Below, piece by piece: positions 48,725 through 58,597 of a stretch of 63,166 nucleotides of DNA. The translations under genes and the position numbers were made by a program. Below the pieces are notes generated by a model. That model saw only the letters and a program-made list of their open reading frames with translations. It did not search any database and was not told the DNA's origin. The stretch is from a virus (lineage: Duplodnaviria; Caudoviricetes). Each line of letters opens with the position of its first letter. Position 1 is the first letter of the stretch. The DNA lies in IMG/VR virus record IMGVR_UViG_3300025011_000042, positions 1 through 63,166 of that record; one strand, given 5' to 3'.

Positions 48725-49096
48725 GTGGGGTTGGCCGTTGTGTTAAACAATAGTACGTCTAGAAAGAATTGTAGTTATATTTTAAGGCAATCTTGTATAT
48801 TCAAAAATTCTGACGAAAATAAAAATCCTTGTTATACTTGCTCTTCAGGCAGCAAGTATAAAGAAAATTTGTCAATAAATTCTGCAGGGTATAACTACAT
48901 GCAAGTAACAATACGTATAATTGAAGAAGTAGAACCATTAGGCGTTGTTAACGTATTCACTTGTGACACACGTAATATAGAGCCTATGGCACATACCTAT
49001 ACAACTACATTAACTCGTAAACCGTGGGGATGTATATGTGGCATGTCGAAGTTTAGCAATACTATATTCTTTATGTTACCGAGGGAGTGTGAATAG
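48725..49096 (+). CDS. Hypothetical protein
   Basis: ORF fills the space between neighbours. Confidence 0.5.
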   Translation: MGLAVVLNNSTSRKNCSYILRQSCIFKNSDENKNPCYTCSSGSKYKENLSINSAGYNYMQVTIRIIEEVEPLGVVNVFTCDTRNIEPMAHTYTTTLTRKPWGCICGMSKFSNTIFFMLPRECE

Positions 49097-49097
49097 C

Positions 49098-49418
49098 GTG
49101 TACAATAATGATCAGTCAAAAACATTACCAAATAGTCCTATGTGTATGACCAAGGATAACGCTGAAAAGTTTTTATTAGCACTGGAAGATGGTAGAGAGA
49201 TACTATCTGTGTTAGAAGTTGAAGCTAACATACTAGAACGTAATCAACTAATACGTGGCTATCATTGCACAGTAGGTATTGTATTCGAGTTTACTAACGG
49301 TCTATCCGCTTTCGTTGAATCATGTAGAACATTCAGTCGTGTTTGTGGTCCATACATTACGCCAAAGCTTGAAAGAATGTTTAAGTATGCAGAGAAAGAA
49401 TGGGGTATTGACAAATGA
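49098..49418 (+). CDS. Hypothetical protein
   Basis: GGGAG RBS before GTG; ATGA overlap with next gene. Confidence 0.55.
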   Translation: MYNNDQSKTLPNSPMCMTKDNAEKFLLALEDGREILSVLEVEANILERNQLIRGYHCTVGIVFEFTNGLSAFVESCRTFSRVCGPYITPKLERMFKYAEKEWGIDK

Positions 49419-49648
49419 GACGCAGCGGTGATATAACAACTGCTTATGTAGATAGTCTACCTAAATGTGACTTTTGTAACGAGCCTGCTGCTTATGACGC
49501 TGTTACAAAACTAGGCTGTTGGGCTAATATGTGTGAAGAACACTTTGACCAATACGGAGTAAGTTTAGGTACAGGTAAAGGGCAGCGGCTTTTAAAGAAG
49601 CAAGGGCGCATAAGTGTATGTATAAGTAAGCTACAAGTAATATGTTAA
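49415..49648 (+). CDS. Small Zn-binding protein
   Basis: CDFC...YDA...WANMCEEH...LGTGKGQRL. Confidence 0.65.
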   Translation: MRRSGDITTAYVDSLPKCDFCNEPAAYDAVTKLGCWANMCEEHFDQYGVSLGTGKGQRLLKKQGRISVCISKLQVIC

Positions 49649-49664
49649 TTTGGAGGATGCCTAT

Positions 49665-50777
49665 ATGGGTACGTACGAACTGAGCTTATCACCTGAATAC
49701 GTAACGAACTGGACTGTGACAGATGCTGTACGCGAGCTGTTTCAAAACGCACTTGATCAGCAGATACAAAATCCAGCTAATCTTATGTTTATGAATTATA
49801 ATGATGGTATATTAACTATTGGCAATAAATTCTCAAGCCTTGATACATCTAGTTTATTGTTAGGACATTCTACTAAGCGCCACGACGAAGCTACTATAGG
49901 CCAATTTGGTGAGGGCTACAAAGTAGGCGTGCTAGTGCTGCTTAGAGAACATAAAGTTGTAACGTTTTATAACTATGGCCAGCGTGAAGTATGGAAGCCT
50001 AGGCTCGTAAAGTCCCGCAAGTACAAGGGAGCTACAATCCTGGTATTTGGTACTGTAAAGCAACACTTCTGGAACCCTGTGCCTGATAATGACTTAACTA
50101 TTACAGTAGAAGGCATTACCGAAGATGAATACGCTGATATTGTAGCTAATAACCTACATTGCCAACAGCTTAAAGGAGACATCATCGAAGTGCCTCAGGG
50201 TCGCATATTGCTTGACCCGGAATATGCCCGCAAAGTATTCGTTAACGGCTTATTTGTAAAAGACTTTGCTAACTACAAGTATGGTTATGACTTTATGCCA
50301 AAGCATATAAAGCTTAACAGAGATAGGAAACTTGTAAGTGATTTTGAGTTAACGTGGTTAGCGTCTAAGATGTGGGCTGAGTCAGGCTCACCTATTAAGT
50401 TCGAGTTACTTAAAGCTGGTGCGGGCGATGTGGCATGTCTTGATTCATTTACGTATGTACGCAGCGCTATACATGATGACGCGTACAGTTTGTTTAAAAA
50501 AGAGCATGGTGCGAAAGCGGTACCCGTAACTACACAGGAAGATATTGATGAAGTTAAGGAGCGGTACGTTGACGCGGTGCCTATTGTAGTACCTGAGTCC
50601 TACAGGCATACAATTAAAAAAAGTTTAACATACAGTAACACAATAGCACAAATGGAAATGAAGCCAAAGGAAACTACAAAGGAAGCTTTATTAACATGGT
50701 ACGAACATGTCAAAGAGAACCTTGATAGTTGTGACAGGTTAGACTTTGAAAGTATAGTGAGTGAGCTAGACTACTAG
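49665..50777 (+). CDS. GHKL-family ATPase domain protein
   Basis: RELFQNALD, STK, IGQFGEGYKVG. Confidence 0.8.
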   Translation: MGTYELSLSPEYVTNWTVTDAVRELFQNALDQQIQNPANLMFMNYNDGILTIGNKFSSLDTSSLLLGHSTKRHDEATIGQFGEGYKVGVLVLLREHKVVTFYNYGQREVWKPRLVKSRKYKGATILVFGTVKQHFWNPVPDNDLTITVEGITEDEYADIVANNLHCQQLKGDIIEVPQGRILLDPEYARKVFVNGLFVKDFANYKYGYDFMPKHIKLNRDRKLVSDFELTWLASKMWAESGSPIKFELLKAGAGDVACLDSFTYVRSAIHDDAYSLFKKEHGAKAVPVTTQEDIDEVKERYVDAVPIVVPESYRHTIKKSLTYSNTIAQMEMKPKETTKEALLTWYEHVKENLDSCDRLDFESIVSELDY

Positions 50778-50787
50778 GAGGTGCGTC

Positions 50788-51519
50788 ATGTTAACACCAT
50801 TATTGAAATTTGAAGTGAGTCCTATAAAGAACCACTCTAATTTGAAAAAGGAAACTGTGTACCCTGTACTGGCGTTAGTACAAGGAGACAATATTACATT
50901 AGCTATGCTTAATGCTGACGACAGAAAGCCCGCGTTAATAGATATAATGGATACGTATATAGTTGGTGTAGAAGCTTTTGAAAGCAATAAAGTTGCAAAT
51001 ATTAAATCTACAAGTACTTCTAATAGCATGGCGCCATGCGGCAAAGAGATAGATTGCATGGACGCTCCAGAACTTATAGAATTAATGATTTCGAAGTACA
51101 TGGTTAGGGCATATATGAATGATTACAGTGAATCGGATAAACGTTTATGTGCTAAAATATTGGTTGCACAAGACATACAGGAACTAAGTTGGATTGTTGA
51201 TACAGAGCAATACACTGTAAAGTACCCAGGAACGTATTATGCAATTGTAGATGACAATGAAGTTACTACAGTAACAGGTAACCTTATAAGACTATGCTTA
51301 AGCTGGTGGAATGACGTACAAGACCTTGCATTAGTTGTACTAAACCTATCTAAGCATGAGCATAGCCGTATAATTGACTGGTGTGAGCGTACTGTAAAAC
51401 CACACATAAATAAAATTGTACAGTACGTTAAGGAGACAAATGAAGCAGAGTATGAACGTAAACAATGTTTAAAAGCTGATTACGTTTGTCGTAACTTGTG
51501 CTGTAGCAAACTAACTTAG
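50788..51519 (+). CDS. Hypothetical protein
   Basis: GGAGG RBS; 243 aa. Confidence 0.7.
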   Translation: MLTPLLKFEVSPIKNHSNLKKETVYPVLALVQGDNITLAMLNADDRKPALIDIMDTYIVGVEAFESNKVANIKSTSTSNSMAPCGKEIDCMDAPELIELMISKYMVRAYMNDYSESDKRLCAKILVAQDIQELSWIVDTEQYTVKYPGTYYAIVDDNEVTTVTGNLIRLCLSWWNDVQDLALVVLNLSKHEHSRIIDWCERTVKPHINKIVQYVKETNEAEYERKQCLKADYVCRNLCCSKLT

Positions 51520-51532
51520 CCGGAGGTATAGA

Positions 51533-52003
51533 ATGACAATGAAAGTTCTTACAGTAGGCACTGGTAGAAGCAATAGTAAAACATTTGATGCCGTTATGCG
51601 TATGATACAACATGCTAAAAAAGACTGCAATACCATACTAATTGGTAAAGAGTTTGTTGTTATTAATCGTAAGCTGTATAACGAATTAGTAGAAACACAT
51701 GATAGCAACCAATGTAGTGACCTACAATTAACGCCTGAACGTGCTGCAGCGCTGAAGCGTAAGATAGATGCATATGCGTTTAATACTGATGCGGCAGTGC
51801 GTGTAGTATTCTATCAAAGTGACTTGGACTTATTCAAGAGGCTCATCGACGCAGCTACTGAGAAGGTAGAAGTTAAGATTGTATGTCATGTATGTGAAGG
51901 TCGCGGTTTTTATACATCAGATGACTACTATCCACCTAAATATGTTGCTAAGTGTGATGAATGTGGCGGCAGTGGGTACATTACAGAAGATGGTACAGAA
52001 TGA
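51533..52003 (+). CDS. Hypothetical protein with DnaJ-type Zn finger
   Basis: CHVCEGRG...CDECGGSG. Confidence 0.7.
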   Translation: MTMKVLTVGTGRSNSKTFDAVMRMIQHAKKDCNTILIGKEFVVINRKLYNELVETHDSNQCSDLQLTPERAAALKRKIDAYAFNTDAAVRVVFYQSDLDLFKRLIDAATEKVEVKIVCHVCEGRGFYTSDDYYPPKYVAKCDECGGSGYITEDGTE

Positions 52004-52245
52004 GAGATATTGTAGATGTTTTGCATGATTTATTTACTATAGGCGTAACAGGCGCTGCTGTACTTGTAATTCTCGGTGGCGGTACGTATTCGCTTATGTA
52101 TATATTTAAGAAACTACAATCTAACTTCAAGTGTCACCACTGCGGCGCCGAATATTGGCTTGCAGGACGTGCTAACTATTGCCCATGGTGCGGTGGTAAT
52201 CAAAAAGTTAGTAAAGATGAAGCAATAGGTCTTGAGCGTTATTAA
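52000..52245 (+). CDS. Membrane protein with Zn ribbon
   Basis: Hydrophobic segment; CHHC...CPWC. Confidence 0.6.
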   Translation: MRDIVDVLHDLFTIGVTGAAVLVILGGGTYSLMYIFKKLQSNFKCHHCGAEYWLAGRANYCPWCGGNQKVSKDEAIGLERY

Positions 52246-52272
52246 GTATTATAAGTTATAGGAGATGAAGCA

Positions 52273-52533
52273 ATGAATACAACACATAACGAATTGCCTG
52301 TAGTAAAAGGCAAGGTTATATCTACAATTGACTCTGATAATGAACTTGACGAACGTGTAGTAGCCCTTGTTGACAGAATACTTAGTGGTCTTGCGTTTAG
52401 TTCGGCACTTACTGAGCGTAGACGCATCGCCACTAAGTTAAGTAAAACACATCTTTGTCCATGTGGGTGTGTATCTACAAATAACTGTGTAAGACACTGG
52501 TTGGACTGGTTAGAGGAGGACTATAATGTATAA
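52273..52533 (+). CDS. Hypothetical protein
   Basis: GGAG RBS. Confidence 0.6.
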   Translation: MNTTHNELPVVKGKVISTIDSDNELDERVVALVDRILSGLAFSSALTERRRIATKLSKTHLCPCGCVSTNNCVRHWLDWLEEDYNV

Positions 52534-52683
52534 TAATAAGAAACAGCCGCTAGTTATGCTTGTGACAGCTTTTGCTGTGTACGGTGCTGTAATATACTCC
52601 GTAACATACGTGATAGAACATTACTCATGTACAATAAAAAGTACGGTATCGCACTTAATTATAACTGTATAGGAGTTGTTATT

Positions 52684-52968
52684 ATGTGTACATCAGCTAT
52701 ACCAAAGAACATTGGTGAAAATAACTGTATTAAAGCTGACACAAAGACTAAAAGACAGCGTTACAACGGCAACGTGCTACCACCGTTACACACCACTGCG
52801 TTCGAAAATCGTCGCAAAAAGTGCTCAGTATGCGGCAAGGAGTTTTACGATATGGCAGGTACGTGGGCGTATAAGTACACGGCAATTAACAACACACTTA
52901 AGTATCAGTGTACCTACAAGTGCTATATGATTGCTTTTAGGTTACGTAACGGCAATAAACGTGGATAA
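52684..52968 (+). CDS. Zn-finger protein
   Basis: CSVCGKEF...WAYK...CTYKC. Confidence 0.6.
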   Translation: MCTSAIPKNIGENNCIKADTKTKRQRYNGNVLPPLHTTAFENRRKKCSVCGKEFYDMAGTWAYKYTAINNTLKYQCTYKCYMIAFRLRNGNKRG

Positions 52969-52992
52969 CGCTTCAAGAGGAGGTGTACTGTA

Positions 52993-53223
52993 ATGTATCC
53001 TACATTTGACGTTACGCACATATTGAATGCTGACAGACTTAAAATAAGTGAACTTACAAAGTTTATGCAGTACAGCACCGATACAGTTATGCACGATTTA
53101 ATTATTGACGTCATAATAAATCTACAAGATTCTAACAGACGTTGTCCGTCAGCTAACTGTAACGAAAATTGTATTGACAGCATCACTGCGCTGCGCGAGT
53201 ACATTTTGGACTGCGCTAATTAA
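52993..53223 (+). CDS. Hypothetical protein
   Basis: GGAGG RBS. Confidence 0.6.
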   Translation: MYPTFDVTHILNADRLKISELTKFMQYSTDTVMHDLIIDVIINLQDSNRRCPSANCNENCIDSITALREYILDCAN

Positions 53224-53242
53224 ATAACAGGAGGCTGATAGA

Positions 53243-53635
53243 ATGTGGGGATTCAATGGTTATAATTCTACTGAACCATGTGAGATATGCGGTAAAACAG
53301 GCGGTGAGATATGCGGTAAAACAGGCGGTAATAAGTATGAACCGCGGTTCGGTTATACTGTTTGCGAAGAGCATTCGCATATGTCACCTGTTGAAATCAC
53401 AGTTGAACTTAATACTATCAGACTTAAAGCTGAACACGATAAAGCCTTAAGTCAGGCGCTACGTCGAGCCTGCGCCGCGGAGGCTAAGTGTAATCTATAT
53501 AAGGATGGGTTAGCTCGCATAGAACATCTTATGCCCACAACGGTGGTTGGCGCTATTATGGTACGTGATACTATACGAATCATTAAAAAGAAACTAAGAA
53601 AACTGGAGGAACGCACAGATGAAACAACCGATTAA
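53243..53635 (+). CDS. Hypothetical protein with a 24-bp tandem duplication
   Basis: GGAGG RBS; EICGKTGG twice. Confidence 0.6.
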   Translation: MWGFNGYNSTEPCEICGKTGGEICGKTGGNKYEPRFGYTVCEEHSHMSPVEITVELNTIRLKAEHDKALSQALRRACAAEAKCNLYKDGLARIEHLMPTTVVGAIMVRDTIRIIKKKLRKLEERTDETTD

Positions 53636-54125
53636 AGTTAGCTTCAAAAACCAACTAAATAAGAAAATCCAACTTAGTGCTGGGCAAAGTGAACACACTA
53701 TTGCACCTGACCAAGGGGTTGAAGTGTATATTCAAGAAGGAGATTGCTTGTATATAGACCATATGAACGTAACTGCTATGGCCGCGTCGCTTGAACACAT
53801 ACTAACATCTGAGTACAACGAGGAATTTGACAGACTTCGCAAGAACCGTATGGTAATGAGTTTCTACAAATACGGACCTGTTAAGGAGAACTACAATAAA
53901 GTTTCTACTGACGGCGCCGCGTTGGTTGATGCTGTTAAGAGCCTTAAACTTCGTCTTAACGAGTACCTACGCACCGGTAACACTGAGTTTCTTGTAGACG
54001 TAGCTAACTTTGCAATGATAGAGTACATGTATCCGCAACACAGCGGCGCGCACTTCAAGGCTACTGACGACGCAGCGAGTCCAGGACTGGTTGGTACCTG
54101 TGTTAATGAGCTCAAACAACGCTAG
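53619..54125 (+). CDS. Possible MazG-like nucleotide pyrophosphohydrolase
   Basis: NTEFLVDVANFAMIE. Confidence 0.5.
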   Translation: MKQPIKVSFKNQLNKKIQLSAGQSEHTIAPDQGVEVYIQEGDCLYIDHMNVTAMAASLEHILTSEYNEEFDRLRKNRMVMSFYKYGPVKENYNKVSTDGAALVDAVKSLKLRLNEYLRTGNTEFLVDVANFAMIEYMYPQHSGAHFKATDDAASPGLVGTCVNELKQR

Positions 54126-54147
54126 CACGTGAAGAGGTGATTATAAC

Positions 54148-54543
54148 ATGCTGTATAAAGCTAATAACACTATGCCACCTTGGTACTTTCTACCTTACAA
54201 CGTTCCTGACGGTGCTTTGAAAATCAAAGACAAAGTATTCGTATACAAAGGTTACGTGTATAAGTTATACTACAAGGCGTTACCGGACGAAGGCTTTGAT
54301 CGCTTTTTCGGACAAGGCGACGGTAGAAATGTATACGTAAGAGAAAGTAGGTATTATCGTAAGCACGGTACAATACTGATATACGCAAGGGAACACCTTT
54401 TAGACAGAGTGTGCCCATTATGTCAATGCACTGTGAACTACAATGGTAGTGATCTAATGTGTCAAGAATACACATGCGCAGGCTGTAATACTATATTTGA
54501 GGAACGCGGTAACGGTATTACAATAATAGGTGTGTATAGTTAA
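54148..54543 (+). CDS. Hypothetical protein with C-terminal Zn ribbon
   Basis: CPLC...CAGC; RBS. Confidence 0.6.
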   Translation: MLYKANNTMPPWYFLPYNVPDGALKIKDKVFVYKGYVYKLYYKALPDEGFDRFFGQGDGRNVYVRESRYYRKHGTILIYAREHLLDRVCPLCQCTVNYNGSDLMCQEYTCAGCNTIFEERGNGITIIGVYS

Positions 54544-54558
54544 GTTAAGGAGGCGTAT

Positions 54559-54783
54559 GTGATGTATTTTCCATCGTCCAGCTTTGGTTTGTTTGGTGGA
54601 GAGATGCAGGTGGAATTCTACAGGCCTACACGTAAACTACACGTAATTCATTCTAATACATGCAGCGAGTGTGTACGCTTCAAGCCTATGGCGCAGACAA
54701 AATGTGACAAGCGCCACGGCGTAGCAAGCGACACATTCGCCTGCAAACAATTTAAGCCACGTTCAAAGAACGGCTTTAGATAA
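54559..54783 (+). CDS. Small Cys-rich protein
   Basis: CSECVRF...C...CKQFKPR. Confidence 0.55.
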   Translation: MMYFPSSSFGLFGGEMQVEFYRPTRKLHVIHSNTCSECVRFKPMAQTKCDKRHGVASDTFACKQFKPRSKNGFR

Positions 54784-54798
54784 AGGAGCTACAATTAC

Positions 54799-55035
54799 AT
54801 GATTAAGAGAATTATACTGGAAGTTGACATGTCTGAGGACACTTTCAATGACGGTGAAAACCTGTTTACGTATGCAGTGCGTATGGTACAACAAAGTGGT
54901 TTTAGCGGATACTGTATTGTAGATTTGAAACCTGTTATTGAAGTTGACCGTATAAGTGACTGTTTCGGTAATAAGTACGGCGTAGTAACAAAGCAAGTGT
55001 TGTCTATAGAAATACAAATGCAAGATAAAGGGTAG
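54799..55035 (+). CDS. Hypothetical protein
   Basis: AAGGAG RBS. Confidence 0.6.
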   Translation: MIKRIILEVDMSEDTFNDGENLFTYAVRMVQQSGFSGYCIVDLKPVIEVDRISDCFGNKYGVVTKQVLSIEIQMQDKG

Positions 55036-55097
55036 TATCTACAATATTATATTTGTAACTGTTTACAGCTAGGAGCTGATAAGGAGTGTGTTGCACA

Positions 55098-55436
55098 TTG
55101 AAGGAATACCAGAAGGCACTAATCATCGTTAAATCTACAAGTAAAGCAGATGCCAAAGCTAATAGTCTGCTTAAAATATCTGTCATTACCGAAGACAAGG
55201 AATTTAAGGTTCGATTAGATCAACTTATCAAAGCATACAGTTATTATATATCTCCTAGGTACAGCAGGTCGGTGCCTCCGGGGTCAGATATACCTACAAA
55301 CAACTCTACATGGTTGGCGTATCTGAAACCTTATAAAGAAGAGCTGATACGCTATGCTGAGGAAATGCTAACAAACAAAGTGCCGCAGTGGCAAATATTG
55401 GCTAAGCGTAATGGTTGGAGTAAAACTACAAAGTAA
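55098..55436 (+). CDS. Hypothetical protein
   Basis: AAGGAG RBS, TTG start; ends before terminator. Confidence 0.6.
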   Translation: MKEYQKALIIVKSTSKADAKANSLLKISVITEDKEFKVRLDQLIKAYSYYISPRYSRSVPPGSDIPTNNSTWLAYLKPYKEELIRYAEEMLTNKVPQWQILAKRNGWSKTTK

Positions 55437-55440
55437 GATT

Positions 55441-55468
55441 AAGACCCAGGTCAATTAGCCTGGGTCTT
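55441..55468. terminator. Hairpin between converging transcription units
   Basis: AAGACCCAGG / CCTGGGTCTT. Confidence 0.75.
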
Positions 55469-55489
55469 GCTATGCCTTACTGCGTTTTA

Positions 55490-55909
55490 CTACCTATCTA
55501 TAAAATTCAGCAAAACACGCTTAGTTTTAACTTTATGTTTTTCATAGGCTGGATCTACAAGCAAGTTTGCATACTTCGTTACGAGTACATAACCACGTTC
55601 TTTAAGCTTTCTATAATGGTTAGTGACATCGTTAATCGACTGTTTAGTTGCTTCGTCTAATTCTGTACCATGGTCTAAAGCACTGCGTTGCTTTTTGTAC
55701 AGCCTTGAAGCTAGGTTCTCTACTGCTTCACACTCTATACAAATTGTATGGTAACCTACAATAGTGTTGTACTTCCCATCGCCGCGAGGAACGTTACGAC
55801 GAAACCGTTTTACACTTAATGTTCTATGACATTGTTTGCATTCCTTTACCTCAGTGCCATCCTTTATAAACACACCTTTTGGCAACGTACTAAACATCAT
55901 ATTCTTCAC
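55490..55909 (-). CDS. Zn-finger protein, short paralog of 56023-56703
   Basis: CKQC...FR...RG...TICIECEAVE...DVTNHYRKL. Confidence 0.75.
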   Translation of the reverse strand: MKNMMFSTLPKGVFIKDGTEVKECKQCHRTLSVKRFRRNVPRGDGKYNTIVGYHTICIECEAVENLASRLYKKQRSALDHGTELDEATKQSINDVTNHYRKLKERGYVLVTKYANLLVDPAYEKHKVKTKRVLLNFIDR

Positions 55910-55913
55910 TCCA

Positions 55914-55984
55914 AATCTAATCCAGTCTAATCTAATCTAATCTAATCCAGTCTAATCTAATCTAATCTAATCTAATCTAATCTA
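55914..55984. repeat. (AATCT)n microsatellite
   Basis: About 14 pentamer units with variants. Confidence 0.9.
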
Positions 55985-56022
55985 TACTAATCCATACTAT
56001 ATTGCTGGATCAATCTACACAA

Positions 56023-56703
56023 TTAATGCGTCTTCCAATACTCATCCCCATAATTATCGATCCTAATTAGAACACTATTGTAGATGCTCTCATATACTGG
56101 GTTTAATATACGAGGATCTCTTTGGTTACTCTGCATTTTATCACGCAGCTCATAGAGTATTTCGTCGTACACCTCAGGGTTATCTGTAAGATCCATTACC
56201 ATAAGTTTATTAAACTCATCCATTAGTGTGTCTTGACCTACAAATGATTGTCCAGTTACTGCAGCACCGTCGGCAGCTACTGTGTAATCTACAAATGTTA
56301 GATTAACACTAAAAGGTTTCTTAGCATTGTTAGCATTATCTACACTACTATCAGCACATTGCGTAGGATCTACAATTCTTCTTGCATTAGCTGTTACTGG
56401 TGGTAAACCTATACGTGTAAGCTTCTTATAATGGTTAGACACGTCTTCTATCTGTTTATTCAGCTCATCAGTCACCTCGCCACTGCGTAGCCTCTTTAAC
56501 AGTCTCATTGCTAATCTTTCGACTGCTTCACACTCGGTACAAATAGTATACGTGCCTTGTGAGGTACCGCTATAAGTCTTCGCCCCCTTGCCGCCTCTAT
56601 ACGGGTACTTTCTGAATGAAACTATGTTAAGTTTGCGGCCGCACTGCTTACACTTCTTCACCGCCACGCCGTTAATTAAAGACGTATTAGATGATTTTTG
56701 CAT
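56023..56703 (-). CDS. Zn-finger protein
   Basis: CKQCG...FRKY...GTYTICTECEAVE. Confidence 0.75.
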   Translation of the reverse strand: MQKSSNTSLINGVAVKKCKQCGRKLNIVSFRKYPYRGGKGAKTYSGTSQGTYTICTECEAVERLAMRLLKRLRSGEVTDELNKQIEDVSNHYKKLTRIGLPPVTANARRIVDPTQCADSSVDNANNAKKPFSVNLTFVDYTVAADGAAVTGQSFVGQDTLMDEFNKLMVMDLTDNPEVYDEILYELRDKMQSNQRDPRILNPVYESIYNSVLIRIDNYGDEYWKTH

Positions 56704-56779
56704 ACAAACAATCCTTTCTGTGCTTTATTTTTAAAATATACTGTATATTATGTATATTATACGTTACATAGACTCAAAT

Positions 56780-57170
<391 letters not shown>

Positions 57171-57656
57171 TTCCTTTGGACGTGTACCCTTCCAGAATGA
57201 ATTGTAGCTATATATGCATGTTATGAAGAACTTTTCAAGGTGATTTTTTAACCAGGCTCCAAGCCCGACGCGGCGCCGTTTTGCTGAGATAAAAGGTACT
57301 TGTAGCGCCTAAATACAGTACTTTTAAAGGCTGTCGGGCCATATACCAGGCTTTTAAAGCGTACGTCCAACTGCAATGATAGTAGCTACCGGGCCGATAA
57401 ATTATGGCCGTGACGCAGCGTCGCTTGGGTATACGACGCCAAAACAGGCTGATCGCAGCGTATGCAGGTGATGTACCGCGACGCTGAGCTGCGTGTGCAG
57501 CCGTATTATAGCGCCACAGAGCAGAGGCCAAGTGCTATGGCGCCGCGCAGTCCGACTGTGGCTGTGCAGTTTTGGTCAATTGGAAACGTAGCTATACGAC
57601 TTAAGCAACCGCGGCACCGCGCAGTCCGACTGTGGCTGTAGAAATCGTAGCACATA

Positions 57657-57735
57657 GCCGCGGTTGCTTACGCTGAATAAAGATCTACAATCTTGTAGGT
57701 CATAGCCCGGTGACGCTGAATCTAAACTTCGCGGC
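57657..57735. repeat. 79-bp non-coding element, copy 1
   Basis: 63/79 ungapped identity to 59827-59905 by hand count. Confidence 0.85.
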
Positions 57736-57799
57736 AAACCGCGAAGTCGCGGTGAAGCACAAAATAAAAACCGCAGGCGTTAACCAGCGGTTAGTTGAA

Positions 57800-57994
57800 C
57801 TACAATTTACATACTATCGCGTTCTGTTGCTGTCTCCAGTCTTTGAACTGTTGTGTAAGTGACTCAGCAAGACATCTGTCACACGGCGCACCGTCGTCAC
57901 ACGGTCTGTTTCCAGTCATTAGGTTTTCATCACAGAAGAATTCGTCTAGAAATCTTCTCCATTCGCTGTACAGTACTTCATTGAGGCTACTCAT
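57800..57994 (-). CDS. Small Cys-containing protein
   Basis: AAAGGAG RBS before ATG 57994; GNRPCDDGAPCDRC. Confidence 0.65.
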   Translation of the reverse strand: MSSLNEVLYSEWRRFLDEFFCDENLMTGNRPCDDGAPCDRCLAESLTQQFKDWRQQQNAIVCKL

Positions 57995-58481
57995 GCTGCT
58001 TGCTCCTTTCGTACGCAAGCTCTGTGGCGCACTCTTCACAGTGATTCGCGGCATCGCGTGGTAAATCGCAACCGCATCGTTTACACTGCTTAACTTCATC
58101 GCCACTTTCCTGCGCAAGTTTTAATGTACACTTATCACAGTACTCTAAACCATCAAGCGGTATGTCGCAACCGCATCGTTTACACCGTGTAACTTCATCG
58201 CCACTTGCATCAACGCAAATATTAACTTTAGCAGCAACTACAAACTCACGGTCGCCGATGTAACTTGCGTCAAACAGCGTGTATCCTTCTGCCACTTTAC
58301 AACCATTGGCTTTGTCAACTGCAATCTTGTGTATGGCATCACCACTTATTGTCAGCGCTAAGTCTTCACTCCAGTTTTTCCTTAAACTGAACAGTGCGTC
58401 AAACTCAAAAGACTTCTTCAGCAGCTGTTCGTACCTCTCGACAGGTATAGTAACGAAGCCATTCTTGTAGTTATCATGCAT
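57987..58481 (-). CDS. Hypothetical protein with two tandem Zn ribbons
   Basis: SGDEVxxCKRCGCDxP...CxxC twice; GAGGAGG RBS. Confidence 0.7.
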   Translation of the reverse strand: MHDNYKNGFVTIPVERYEQLLKKSFEFDALFSLRKNWSEDLALTISGDAIHKIAVDKANGCKVAEGYTLFDASYIGDREFVVAAKVNICVDASGDEVTRCKRCGCDIPLDGLEYCDKCTLKLAQESGDEVKQCKRCGCDLPRDAANHCEECATELAYERSKQHE

Positions 58482-58597
58482 TGTAATATCCTCCTCGTAT
58501 TTTTGATGTTGTGTATCGCCTGCGACAATTTTAGCACAGGCGACACTGCCAAATTAAGTGCGGTTCGCGTATATATGTGCCGTATATACGTCACGTA

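Noticed and set aside
543-55200. Many short antisense or overlapping ORFs in the six-frame track (e.g. 3748-4179, 5172-5684, 33188-33643, 39651-40109)
   Set aside because: They shadow well-supported genes and lack RBS or motifs.
57235-57531. 98-aa minus-strand ORF
   Set aside because: No RBS, atypical composition, lies in the repeat-bearing intergenic region.
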